A DNA stretch of 36,515 nucleotides from an uncultured Flavobacteriaceae bacterium. Its GTDB lineage: Bacteria > Bacteroidota > Bacteroidia > Flavobacteriales > Flavobacteriaceae. Position numbers and translations under genes: made by a program. The first letter of the stretch is position 1; the number at the start of each line of letters is the position of its first letter. Under the pieces are notes generated by a model. The model had not been told where the DNA came from and did not search any database. It saw only the letters and a program-made list of their open reading frames with translations. Positions 1 through 8,241 of the stretch are shown one piece after another. Where the stretch lies: contig CAZECB010000001.1 in NCBI GenBank assembly GCA_964510745.1, forward strand, positions 1 through 36,515. Reading direction: 5' to 3'.

Positions 1-189
1 AATAACTATAAAGCCCTTTGCCGTATTAAAATCTGATAAAGACACTAGATTTCCGTCTATATTTTTTAATTTAAAATCTGTAGCTATATCTCCTACTTTA
101 TAGCCTTCTTTTGATATTTCTTTAGTGTTAGTAAATGCGCTTACAATTAGCATTAGTACAATTACAGAAATAATTTTAAGTTTTTGCAT
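1..189 (-). CDS. Thioredoxin/AhpC-TSA (redoxin) family protein, 5' part only (runs off window)
   Basis: Manual translation MQKLKIISVIVLMLIVSAFTNTKEISKEGYKVGDIATDFKLKNIDGNLVSLSDFNTAKGFIVI: signal peptide plus VGDxAxDFxL..DG..VSLSDF redoxin start. Its ATG overlaps the TGA of the upstream gene (TGATG at 191-187). Not in the ORF track. Confidence 0.85.
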   Translation of the reverse strand, partial: MQKLKIISVIVLMLIVSAFTNTKEISKEGYKVGDIATDFKLKNIDGNLVSLSDFNTAKGFIVI

Positions 190-713
190 CATCTTTGTTT
201 TAAAAATTGTTTAACTTCTTTTTCTAATTCACTATAAGTGAAAGAACGTTCATAAAATTCACGTTTCTTAGTATTATATATAAGTGTTGCAGGTATAGCT
301 CCACTCCACTCCTCATTTATTTTTGGAATCCAAGTATTCATATCTGTATCATTTAATGCAACTACTTTAGATTTCAATTTGTGTTTTAGAATATAAGGCT
401 TGAGTTTTTTTTCATATTGATTAGGAAAATCTAAACTCACTAACAATACCTCTACATTTTTTGATGTATATTTTTCACCTATAACTTCAAAATGAGGTAA
501 TTCCTTTATGCAGGGGGCACACCAAGTTGCCCAAAAATTCACAACATAAACTTTATTGTCTTTTCGATTTAGCAACGGATATAATCCATCAAAGTCAAAC
601 ACTTCTAATACATTACTAATTTCTTGTTTTAAAGATGTACTAATCTCTGATTTGTGTTTCTCTTTTACACATGAGGCTAACATAAAAACAAGTAAAAATT
701 TAAGTACTTTCAT
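189..713 (-). CDS. TlpA-like thiol:disulfide oxidoreductase lipoprotein
   Basis: NFWATWCAPC (WCxxC) active site, cis-Pro motif AIPAT, lipobox LASC. Confidence 0.9.
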   Translation of the reverse strand: MKVLKFLLVFMLASCVKEKHKSEISTSLKQEISNVLEVFDFDGLYPLLNRKDNKVYVVNFWATWCAPCIKELPHFEVIGEKYTSKNVEVLLVSLDFPNQYEKKLKPYILKHKLKSKVVALNDTDMNTWIPKINEEWSGAIPATLIYNTKKREFYERSFTYSELEKEVKQFLKQR

Positions 714-766
714 ACTATAAAGGTAATCAAAATGATATATTCAAAATATTAATCAAGTAATTTTCA

Positions 767-829
767 ATACAATTTATTGTATAATTAATTAATTAATGTA
801 TATTGTGCGCACAATTGTTGTATTTACAA
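767..829. promoter_or_regulatory. Cluster of palindromes between tlpA and marR; probable MarR operator
   Basis: TTGTGCGCACAA (803-814) and TTGTATTTACAA (818-829) abut the marR ATG; also ATACAAT-tt-ATTGTAT (767-782) and ATTAATTAATTAAT (784-797). Confidence 0.55.
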
Positions 830-1285
830 ATGAGTATAGAAGACGATTTAAAAACAACAAAAAGACTAGCCCCAGAAGCAAAAACAATGATAAATATCGT
901 TTTTACTGCTTCTGTCATAAGTAATAAATTTACATTACTATTGAAACCTTTTGGTATATCAATGCAACAATATAATGTATTGCGTATTTTAAGAGGGCAG
1001 AAAAAAAAGAGCATCTCTTTAGCAGATGTACAAGCAAGGATGATTAATAAAATGAGTAACACTACTCGTTTAATTGACAAATTAAAAGAGAAAGGTTATG
1101 TCACTAGAGTTTTAAATGATAGTAATAGGCGAAAAATATCTCTTAACATAACAGCACGCGGAATGGATTTATTGTCAAAAACTGATCCTTTAGTGGAAAA
1201 AAAAGGCATAAATATAACTGATAATTTATCATTTGAAGAATTAAATGTGTTGAATGAACTTTTAGAAAAAATAAGAACTGAATAA
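830..1285 (+). CDS. MarR family transcriptional regulator
   Basis: LKPFGISMQQYNVLRIL, SNTTRLIDKL..KGYV.R, NRR wing motif; ATG 830 preferred over TTG 803. Confidence 0.9.
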   Translation: MSIEDDLKTTKRLAPEAKTMINIVFTASVISNKFTLLLKPFGISMQQYNVLRILRGQKKKSISLADVQARMINKMSNTTRLIDKLKEKGYVTRVLNDSNRRKISLNITARGMDLLSKTDPLVEKKGINITDNLSFEELNVLNELLEKIRTE

Positions 1286-1346
1286 TTTACATAAACTAAA
1301 AATACTTCTTATTACTCAATTAATAGCCAAATTCAAGTAATGAGTT

Positions 1347-1381
1347 AACTTCCGTTTCCCTCGAATCGGAAGTTTTTTTTT
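1347..1381 (+). terminator. Intrinsic terminator after marR
   Basis: AACTTCCG...CGGAAGTT stem followed by a T run. Confidence 0.8.
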
Positions 1382-1387
1382 ATATAA

Positions 1388-1418
1388 TTTGAAAATTAAA
1401 AATTGCTTCTTATCTTTG
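1388..1418 (+). promoter_or_regulatory. Bacteroidota housekeeping promoter of the trp operon
   Basis: TTTG (1388-1391) - 19 nt - TATCTTTG (1411-1418) matches the -33 TTTG / -7 TAnnTTTG consensus. Confidence 0.8.
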
Positions 1419-1437
1419 CTTCGCTTTTAAAAAATAT

Positions 1438-1500
1438 ATGAAAACAATTTTAAATAATACTTGGTGGTGGAGCTCTCGAAAAACAACATTCGTGAACTAA
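1438..1500 (+). CDS. trpL: trp attenuator leader peptide MKTILNNTWWWSSRKTTFVN (20 aa)
   Basis: ATG 1438, three tandem TGG codons (1462-1470), TAA 1498-1500; lies between the promoter and the terminator upstream of trpE. Confidence 0.9.
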   Translation: MKTILNNTWWWSSRKTTFVN

Positions 1501-1529
1501 CCTATCGTATATTTAAAACTAAAAATACT

Positions 1530-1561
1530 AAGGCTTGTCATTCACGACAAGCTTTTTTTTT
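1530..1561 (+). terminator. trp attenuator terminator
   Basis: GCTTGTC-attcac-GACAAGC plus T run; TCGTGAA (1490-1496) in the leader can pair with TTCACGA (1541-1547) as antiterminator. Confidence 0.85.
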
Positions 1562-1567
1562 ATCAAA

Positions 1568-2971
1568 ATGAAAACATTTAATTTACATACACATTATAAA
1601 AAAATTCTTGCAGATACAATTACTCCTGTTAGTATTTATCTTAAAATAAGAGATAAATACCCTAATAGTATTTTATTAGAAAGTAGTGATTATCATGCTA
1701 ATGACAATACTTTCTCATATATTTGTTTCAATCCTATTGCCTCTATAAAAGTTGAAGATGAAACTATTACACAAACATTTCCTGATGGAAATCTAGTTTC
1801 CAATTCTATAGAAAAAAGTACTGATGTGACTCACCAAATTCATCAATTCACAAAACGTTTTGAAGTAGACTCTAATAATCCTTTTAAATTTATCAATAAT
1901 GGTATTTTTGGATATATGTCTTATGATACAGTACGTTATTTTGAAGATGTTGAAGTTTCAAAAAAAAAGAATTCTATTAATATTCCAGATGTTTTCTACG
2001 CTGTATATCAAAATATTATAGCCATAAATCATTTTAAAAATGAAGCTTATATTTTTGCTCATTGTTATGATTCTGAGTCTAATACGGAAGATATTCATCA
2101 GCTCATTAAAGCAAAACAATTTGCATCTTACGAATTTTATACCGACGGAGATATCTCATCAAATCTAACAGATGATGAATATAAAAATCATGTAGAACTT
2201 GCAAAAAAACATTGTGCTCGAGGGGATGTATTTCAATTAGTACTCTCTAAAAAATTTACTCAAGAATTTAAAGGTGATGAGTTTAATGTATATCGTGCAT
2301 TAAGAAGCGTTAATCCTTCTCCTTACCTATTTTATTTTGATTATGGTGATTTTAAAATATTTGGAAGTTCGCCAGAAGCACAACTTATTGTAAGTGATGG
2401 TCAAGCAGAAATTCATCCAATAGCAGGAACATTTAAACGTACAGGGAACGACTTAAAAGACGCCGAATTAGCAAAACAATTAGCTGTAGATGAAAAGGAA
2501 AATGCTGAACATGTGATGCTAGTTGATTTAGCAAGAAATGATTTAAGTCGTAATGGAAGTCAAGTTACTGTAGACACCTATAGAGAAGTTCAGTTTTTCT
2601 CACATGTCATCCACTTGGTAAGTAAAGTTACAGGTAAAAAACATGAGGATGTATCAACTATACAGGTGGTTGCAGATACATTTCCTGCTGGAACTTTAAG
2701 TGGAGCTCCAAAACATAGAGCCATGCAACTCATTGAACAATACGAAAAAACAAGTCGTGCATTTTATGGTGGCGCTATTGGGTTCATGGATTTTAAAGGT
2801 AATTTTAACCATGCTATTATGATTCGTACTTTTTTAAGTAAAAATCATGAGTTACATTGGCAAGCTGGCGCTGGAATTGTTTCAAAATCTAGTGCAGAAA
2901 ATGAATTACAAGAAGTATACAATAAATTAGGAGCCTTAACCAAAGCAATTGATTTAGCTAAAGAAATTTAA
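1568..2971 (+). CDS. trpE: Anthranilate synthase component I
   Basis: LLES, NPSPY, GSSPE, PIAGT, EHVMLVDLARNDL, FPAGTLSGAPK; ATG 1568 chosen because the TTG at 1535 lies inside the attenuator. Confidence 0.97.
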   Translation: MKTFNLHTHYKKILADTITPVSIYLKIRDKYPNSILLESSDYHANDNTFSYICFNPIASIKVEDETITQTFPDGNLVSNSIEKSTDVTHQIHQFTKRFEVDSNNPFKFINNGIFGYMSYDTVRYFEDVEVSKKKNSINIPDVFYAVYQNIIAINHFKNEAYIFAHCYDSESNTEDIHQLIKAKQFASYEFYTDGDISSNLTDDEYKNHVELAKKHCARGDVFQLVLSKKFTQEFKGDEFNVYRALRSVNPSPYLFYFDYGDFKIFGSSPEAQLIVSDGQAEIHPIAGTFKRTGNDLKDAELAKQLAVDEKENAEHVMLVDLARNDLSRNGSQVTVDTYREVQFFSHVIHLVSKVTGKKHEDVSTIQVVADTFPAGTLSGAPKHRAMQLIEQYEKTSRAFYGGAIGFMDFKGNFNHAIMIRTFLSKNHELHWQAGAGIVSKSSAENELQEVYNKLGALTKAIDLAKEI

Positions 2972-2975
2972 GATT

Positions 2976-3539
2976 ATGAACGTATTAGTTATAGATAATT
3001 ACGATAGTTTCACTTACAATCTTGTTCATTATTTAGAAGATTTAGAATGTAACGTTACTGTAAAACGAAATGACAAATTAACACTTGATGAAGTTGATAC
3101 ATTTGATAAAATTATATTATCACCAGGTCCAGGGATTCCTGAGGAAGCAGGACTTTTAAAAGACATTATAAAAACCTATGCGTCAACTAAAAGTATTTTA
3201 GGCGTATGCTTAGGGCAACAAGCTATTGGGGAAGTTTTTGGTGGCACACTTATCAATTTAGATACTGTACATCACGGCGTTGCTACTACAGTAAATATTA
3301 TTGTTGATGATGAAACGCTTTTTAACGGTTTAGGTAATAAAATTAGCGTTGGTCGCTATCATTCATGGGTTATTGACCCTAGTTTACCAGACACATTAGA
3401 AGTGACTTCTGTAGATGAAAACGGGCAAGTCATGTCTTTAAGACATAAAACATATGATGTTAAAGGTGTACAGTATCATCCAGAATCTGTATTAACTCCT
3501 GATGGAAAACAAATATTAAAGAATTGGATTGAAAATTGA
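2976..3539 (+). CDS. trpG: Anthranilate synthase component II (glutamine amidotransferase)
   Basis: IDNYDSFTYNL, SPGPG, GVCLGQQ, RYHS, QYHPES. Confidence 0.97.
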   Translation: MNVLVIDNYDSFTYNLVHYLEDLECNVTVKRNDKLTLDEVDTFDKIILSPGPGIPEEAGLLKDIIKTYASTKSILGVCLGQQAIGEVFGGTLINLDTVHHGVATTVNIIVDDETLFNGLGNKISVGRYHSWVIDPSLPDTLEVTSVDENGQVMSLRHKTYDVKGVQYHPESVLTPDGKQILKNWIEN

Positions 3540-3562
3540 TTTTGTTATCCATAACATGACAA

Positions 3563-3617
3563 ATAATTTCATGAAAATAGAATTATAATAAATTAAGATT
3601 ACCGCTTTCGCGGAAAT
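3563..3617. repeat. Degenerate REP-like hairpin pair in the trpG-trpD spacer
   Basis: AGATTACCGC-tttc-GCGGAAAT (3596-3617) and a decayed inverted partner ATAATTTCAT-gaaa-ATAGAATT (~3563-3584). Confidence 0.55.
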
Positions 3618-3620
3618 AAA

Positions 3621-4616
3621 ATGAAACAAATATTAAACAGACTCATTAATCACGAAAGCATCTCTAGCGAAGAAGCCAAACAAGTGTTGGTTAATATCTC
3701 TAAAGGTGATTATAATCAAAGTCAGATCGCATCATTTTTAACGGTGTATATGATGCGAAGCGTCACACTCGACGAACTTAAAGGGTTTAGAGATGCCTTG
3801 TTAGAATTATGTATTCCAATAGACTTAAAAGAGTTCAACGCTATTGATTTATGTGGTACAGGTGGTGATGGAAAAGATACGTTTAACATTTCTACCTTAT
3901 CATCATTTGTTACCGCTGGAGCTGGCGTGAATGTTGCTAAACATGGAAATTATGGTGTATCTTCAGCTTGTGGATCGTCAAATGTTATGGAACATTTAGG
4001 AATTAAATTTTCTAATGATAATGACTTTCTAAAGAAAACTATTGAAGAAACTGGTATTTGTGTATTACATGCACCACTTTTTCATCCAGCTATGAAAAAT
4101 GTAGCTCCTATTCGTCGTGAATTAGGAGTCAAGACATTTTTTAATATGCTCGGCCCTATGGTAAATCCATCGTTTCCAAAAAATCAAATGGTTGGCGTTT
4201 TTAATTTAGAATTGTTACGTCTTTATGGGTATCTCTATCAAAATACAGATAAAAACTATACGATTGTTCATGCTTTAGATGGTTATGATGAAATATCATT
4301 AACAGGAAATACTAAAGTGATTACTAATCAATCTGAAACCGTTTTAGCACCTACAGATTTAGGTGTAATACAAATACGTCAAGATGAAATTTTTGGAGGC
4401 AATACTGTTAAAGAAGCTGCAAAAATATTTGTAAATGTAATTGATGGAAAAGGCACAAATGCACAAAATAATGTGGTTTGTGCTAATGCTGGATTAGCGA
4501 TAGCTACAACAAAACAAATTAGCCATAATGAAGGCTTTGAATTAGCAAAAGAATCATTGCTTTCAGGTAAAGCAAAACAAAGTTTAAATAAACTAATTGA
4601 ATTGAGTGACACATAG
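3621..4616 (+). CDS. trpD: Anthranilate phosphoribosyltransferase
   Basis: DLCGTGGDG, TFNIST, KHGN, APLFHPAMK, DGYDE. Confidence 0.97.
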   Translation: MKQILNRLINHESISSEEAKQVLVNISKGDYNQSQIASFLTVYMMRSVTLDELKGFRDALLELCIPIDLKEFNAIDLCGTGGDGKDTFNISTLSSFVTAGAGVNVAKHGNYGVSSACGSSNVMEHLGIKFSNDNDFLKKTIEETGICVLHAPLFHPAMKNVAPIRRELGVKTFFNMLGPMVNPSFPKNQMVGVFNLELLRLYGYLYQNTDKNYTIVHALDGYDEISLTGNTKVITNQSETVLAPTDLGVIQIRQDEIFGGNTVKEAAKIFVNVIDGKGTNAQNNVVCANAGLAIATTKQISHNEGFELAKESLLSGKAKQSLNKLIELSDT

Positions 4617-4681
4617 TGTCATCCTGAACTTGATTCAGGATCTCATCAATCAAAGATTAAAGGTTTCTATCTACATAGAAA
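4617..4681. repeat. REP-like palindromes in the trpD-trpC spacer
   Basis: TGTC-ATCCTGAA-cttga-TTCAGGAT-CT (4617-4643) starts immediately after the trpD stop; second hairpin TTTCTAT-ctac-ATAGAAA (4664-4681). Confidence 0.75.
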
Positions 4682-4688
4682 AGTAAAC

Positions 4689-5474
4689 ATGAACATATTA
4701 GATAAAATAGTAATAGATAAACGTAAAGAAGTTGCTTTAAAAAAAGCATTAATCCCTACATCACAATTAGAACAATCCATACTGTTTGAACGTAATACAA
4801 TCTCTTTAGCAAAAAAATTAAGAACTAGCAATACAGGTATTATTGCAGAACATAAACGCAGGTCGCCTTCAAAATCTGTAATCAATCAAAGTTTAAATGT
4901 TCAAGATGTAGCAAAAGGTTATGAAGACGCTGGTGTTTGCGGCATGTCAGTTTTAACAGACGGAAAGTATTTTGGAGGCTCTTTAGACGATTTAGTTATT
5001 GCTAGAGCTAGTAGTAATTTACCATTATTACGAAAAGAGTTTATTATAGATGAGTATCAAATTATTGAAGCAAAAGCTTATGGAGCTGATGTAATTTTAC
5101 TAATTGCTGCTATTTTGAGCAGAGATAAAATCAAACAGTTTTCAGAATTAGCAAAGCGTTTAAATTTAGACGTTTTATTAGAAGTTCATGACATAGAAGA
5201 ATTACATAAATCCATAATGCCAAGTTTGGATATGCTAGGTGTTAATAATCGAGATTTAAAAACATTTGACGTTAGTACGGAAACTAGTAAAGTATTAAGC
5301 AAGTTAATCCCCAATGATTTTATAAAAGTTTCTGAAAGTGGAATTTCAAACATTGAAACTATTAAAAAGTTACAACCTTACGGTTATCAAGGGTTTTTAA
5401 TTGGTGAAAATTTCATGAAAACTGATAATGCGGGGGAAAGTGCTAATGAGTTTATCAAAAAACTAGAATCGTGA
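4689..5474 (+). CDS. trpC: Indole-3-glycerol phosphate synthase
   Basis: IIAEHKRRSPSK, SVLTD..YFGGS, LRKEFII, GVNNRDL, SESGI. Confidence 0.97.
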   Translation: MNILDKIVIDKRKEVALKKALIPTSQLEQSILFERNTISLAKKLRTSNTGIIAEHKRRSPSKSVINQSLNVQDVAKGYEDAGVCGMSVLTDGKYFGGSLDDLVIARASSNLPLLRKEFIIDEYQIIEAKAYGADVILLIAAILSRDKIKQFSELAKRLNLDVLLEVHDIEELHKSIMPSLDMLGVNNRDLKTFDVSTETSKVLSKLIPNDFIKVSESGISNIETIKKLQPYGYQGFLIGENFMKTDNAGESANEFIKKLES

Positions 5475-6124
5475 AGCTAAAAGTTTGTGGAATGAAATAT
5501 CAAGATAATATGAATCAAGTTGCAGCATTGCAACCCGATTATCTTGGGTTTATATTTTATGAAAAATCATCACGTAATGTAGAGTCTATTTTTTCTGATC
5601 TACCAAGTAATACTAAAAAAACAGGTGTATTCGTAAATTCTGGCTTAGAATTTATTATCAATAAAATAAATACATTTCAATTAGAAGCAGTACAATTACA
5701 CGGCAATGAATCACCTGAGTTCTGTACTGATTTAAAACATCATTACGAGGAACAAAGTGATGGAACAATTGAAATTATCAAAGTATTCTCTATAAAAGAT
5801 AATTTTGATTTTTCAGTATTAGAGCCTTATGAATTTGTTTGTGATTATTTTTTATTCGATACCAAAGGAAAACAACCAGGAGGTAATGGATATGTATTTG
5901 ATTGGAATGTTCTAAAAAAATACCCATCAACCAAACCTTATTTTTTAAGTGGAGGTATTGGAGTTGATGAAATTGAACAGTTAAAAGAATTTTTAAATAG
6001 TCCTGAATCAAAATATTGCTATGCCATAGATGTGAATAGTAAATTTGAAATTGAAGCAGGGTTAAAAAATATAGAGCAGTTAAAAGAGTTTAAAAAAAGC
6101 GTCATTACTAGCGTAGCAAAGTAA
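5471..6124 (+). CDS. trpF: Phosphoribosylanthranilate isomerase, with REP-derived internal and C-terminal residues
   Basis: KVCGM, GFIFY..SSR, VQLHG.E, LFDT, GGNG..FDW, LSGG, DVNSKFE; GTGA overlap with trpC. Confidence 0.95.
   Translation: MKLKVCGMKYQDNMNQVAALQPDYLGFIFYEKSSRNVESIFSDLPSNTKKTGVFVNSGLEFIINKINTFQLEAVQLHGNESPEFCTDLKHHYEEQSDGTIEIIKVFSIKDNFDFSVLEPYEFVCDYFLFDTKGKQPGGNGYVFDWNVLKKYPSTKPYFLSGGIGVDEIEQLKEFLNSPESKYCYAIDVNSKFEIEAGLKNIEQLKEFKKSVITSVAK
5738..5770 (+). repeat. REP-like half element in frame within trpF (encodes HHYEEQSDGTI)
   Basis: CATCATTACGAGGAACAAAGTGATGGAACAATT resembles the left arms at 6100 (CGTCATTACTAG) and 7373 (CGTCATTCCGAACGCAGTGAAGGAATC). Confidence 0.65.
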
Positions 6125-6177
6125 TTTCTTAATAAGAAGCAGATTGTCACAACTTTTTTCAAAAGCCTCGTAATGAC
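6101..6177. repeat. 77-bp REP-like palindromic element spanning the trpF stop and the trpF-trpB spacer
   Basis: Terminal inverted repeat GTCATTAC...GTAATGAC; internal CAGATTGTCAC (6140-6150) is shared with the element at 7374. Confidence 0.85.
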
Positions 6178-6190
6178 AACAAAAAATAAT

Positions 6191-7372
6191 ATGAGTTACA
6201 ACATCAACAATAAAGGGTATTACGGTGAATTTGGGGGAGCATATATACCTGAAATGTTATATCCAAATGTAGAAGAATTACGTCAAAATTATCTAAAAGT
6301 AATGGCAGAGTCTTCCTTTCAAGAAGAGTTCAATCAGTTATTAAAAGATTATGTCGGGAGACCTTCCCCTCTCTACTATGCTAAACGATTAAGCGAAACT
6401 TATAACACTAAGGTTTATCTAAAACGAGAAGATCTTAACCATACTGGTGCTCATAAAGTTAATAATACTATTGGGCAAATCCTTATGGCCAAACGTTTAG
6501 GGAAATCTCGTATTATAGCTGAAACTGGTGCTGGACAGCACGGTGTAGCGACAGCAACTGTTTGTGCTTTAATGGGGTTGGAATGCATTGTATATATGGG
6601 AGAGATTGATATTGCTCGTCAAGCTCCAAATGTAGCTCGTATGAAAATGTTAGGCGCAACTGTAATTCCAGCAACATCAGGAAGTAAAACGCTTAAAGAT
6701 GCCACTAATGAAGCGATTCGTGATTGGATTAACAACCCTGTAAACACACATTACATTATTGGAAGTGTAGTAGGGCCACATCCCTATCCAGATATGGTGG
6801 CAAAATTTCAGTCTATTGTTTCAGGAGAAATAAAATGGCAACTAAAAGAAAAAGAAGGTACTGACACACCTAATCATGTGATTGCCTGTGTAGGAGGTGG
6901 TAGCAATGCTGCTGGTGCGTTTTATCATTTTTTAGATGATGAACGTGTAAATTTAATTGCTGTAGAAGCTGCTGGAAAAGGTGTTCATTCTGGAGAAAGT
7001 GCTGCAACTTCTATTTTAGGAAAAGAAGGGATTATCCATGGAAGTAAAACCTTATTAATGCAAACTAATGATGGACAAATTACTGAGCCCTATTCTATTT
7101 CGGCGGGATTAGATTATCCAGGAGTTGGCCCAATGCATGCCAATTTATATACAACTAAACGTGCAGAATTTATTGCTATTACTGATGATGATGCCATGGA
7201 AGCTGGGATAGAGTTAAGTAAATTAGAAGGTATTATTCCTGCTATTGAAACCTCTCATGCGTTAGCGGTATTTAAATACAAAACGTTTAAACCAGATGAT
7301 ATTGTCATCATGAATTTATCAGGACGTGGTGATAAAGATTTACAAAATTATATTGATTATTTTAAGTTATAA
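6191..7372 (+). CDS. trpB: Tryptophan synthase beta subunit
   Basis: KREDLNHTGAHK (PLP lysine), AETGAGQHG, CVGGGSNA, SAGLDYPG, NLSGRGDKD; the ATG at 6173 is part of the repeat, so 6191 is preferred. Confidence 0.98.
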   Translation: MSYNINNKGYYGEFGGAYIPEMLYPNVEELRQNYLKVMAESSFQEEFNQLLKDYVGRPSPLYYAKRLSETYNTKVYLKREDLNHTGAHKVNNTIGQILMAKRLGKSRIIAETGAGQHGVATATVCALMGLECIVYMGEIDIARQAPNVARMKMLGATVIPATSGSKTLKDATNEAIRDWINNPVNTHYIIGSVVGPHPYPDMVAKFQSIVSGEIKWQLKEKEGTDTPNHVIACVGGGSNAAGAFYHFLDDERVNLIAVEAAGKGVHSGESAATSILGKEGIIHGSKTLLMQTNDGQITEPYSISAGLDYPGVGPMHANLYTTKRAEFIAITDDDAMEAGIELSKLEGIIPAIETSHALAVFKYKTFKPDDIVIMNLSGRGDKDLQNYIDYFKL

Positions 7373-7373
7373 C

Positions 7374-7459
7374 GTCATTCCGAACGCAGTGAAGGAATCT
7401 TATTAATTTTTCTAAAATTCAAACAGATTGTCACGGCTTTAAAAAAGTCACACAATGAC
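7374..7459. repeat. 86-bp REP-like palindromic element filling the trpB-trpA spacer
   Basis: GTCATT...AATGAC termini; left arm GTCATTCCGAACGCAGTGAAGGAATCT; CAGATTGTCAC at 7424-7434. Confidence 0.85.
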
Positions 7460-7472
7460 AAAACAAAATATT

Positions 7473-8237
7473 ATGAATAGAATTCAAAATAAATTACAAG
7501 AGAGCAAAAAACTCTTATCCATATATTTCACAGCAGGTTACCCTAATCTTGATGATACGACTTCTATCATTCAAAAGTTAGAGCAAAGTGGTGTAGACAT
7601 GATTGAAATAGGATTACCATTTAGTGATCCATTAGCAGACGGGCCCACCATTCAAGCAAGTTCTACACAAGCATTATATAACGGAATGACTTCAGAATTA
7701 CTCTTTAATCAGCTAAAAGATATTCGTAAAACAGTTAGTATTCCCTTAATTATTATGGGGTATTTTAATCCAATCTTACAGTTTGGAGTGGAAGCTTTTT
7801 GTAAAAAATGCCAAGAGGTAGGTATTGATGGTTTAATAATTCCTGATCTCCCTGTAGATGTTTATAATGACCATTACAAAGTTACTTTTGAAAAATATGG
7901 ATTAATCAATGTATTTTTAATTACACCTCAAACTTCAATAGAACGTATTAATTTTATTGATTCTATTTCCAACGGATTTATTTATATGGTCAGTAGTGCT
8001 AGTGTTACTGGGAGTCAAAGCGGATTTGGAAACGAGCAAACCAACTACTTCAAACGTATTTCAGATATGAGTCTTAATAACCCACAAGTTATTGGGTTCG
8101 GAATTTCTGACAACAAAACCTTTACACAAGCAACTGAATATGCCAAAGGGGCTATTATAGGAAGTGGATTTATAAAACATTTAACTCATAATGGAGTTGA
8201 TACTATTGATATTTTTATTAATCAAATACAACAATAA
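7473..8237 (+). CDS. trpA: Tryptophan synthase alpha subunit
   Basis: YFTAGYP, EIGLPFSDPLADGPTIQ, MGYFNP, IPDLP, GFGIS; the ATG at 7455 is in the repeat, so 7473 is preferred. Confidence 0.98.
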   Translation: MNRIQNKLQESKKLLSIYFTAGYPNLDDTTSIIQKLEQSGVDMIEIGLPFSDPLADGPTIQASSTQALYNGMTSELLFNQLKDIRKTVSIPLIIMGYFNPILQFGVEAFCKKCQEVGIDGLIIPDLPVDVYNDHYKVTFEKYGLINVFLITPQTSIERINFIDSISNGFIYMVSSASVTGSQSGFGNEQTNYFKRISDMSLNNPQVIGFGISDNKTFTQATEYAKGAIIGSGFIKHLTHNGVDTIDIFINQIQQ

Positions 8238-8241
8238 TATC

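Noticed and set aside
3563-7459. Repeats considered as a CRISPR array or an IS element
   Set aside because: Copies are dispersed and divergent, with no regular spacers, cas genes or transposase.
1535-8241. Longer ORF-track starts for trpE (1535), trpB (6173), trpA (7455) and the lipoprotein (8191)
   Set aside because: They fall in the attenuator, in repeat ends or inside trpA; downstream ATGs give family-typical N-termini.
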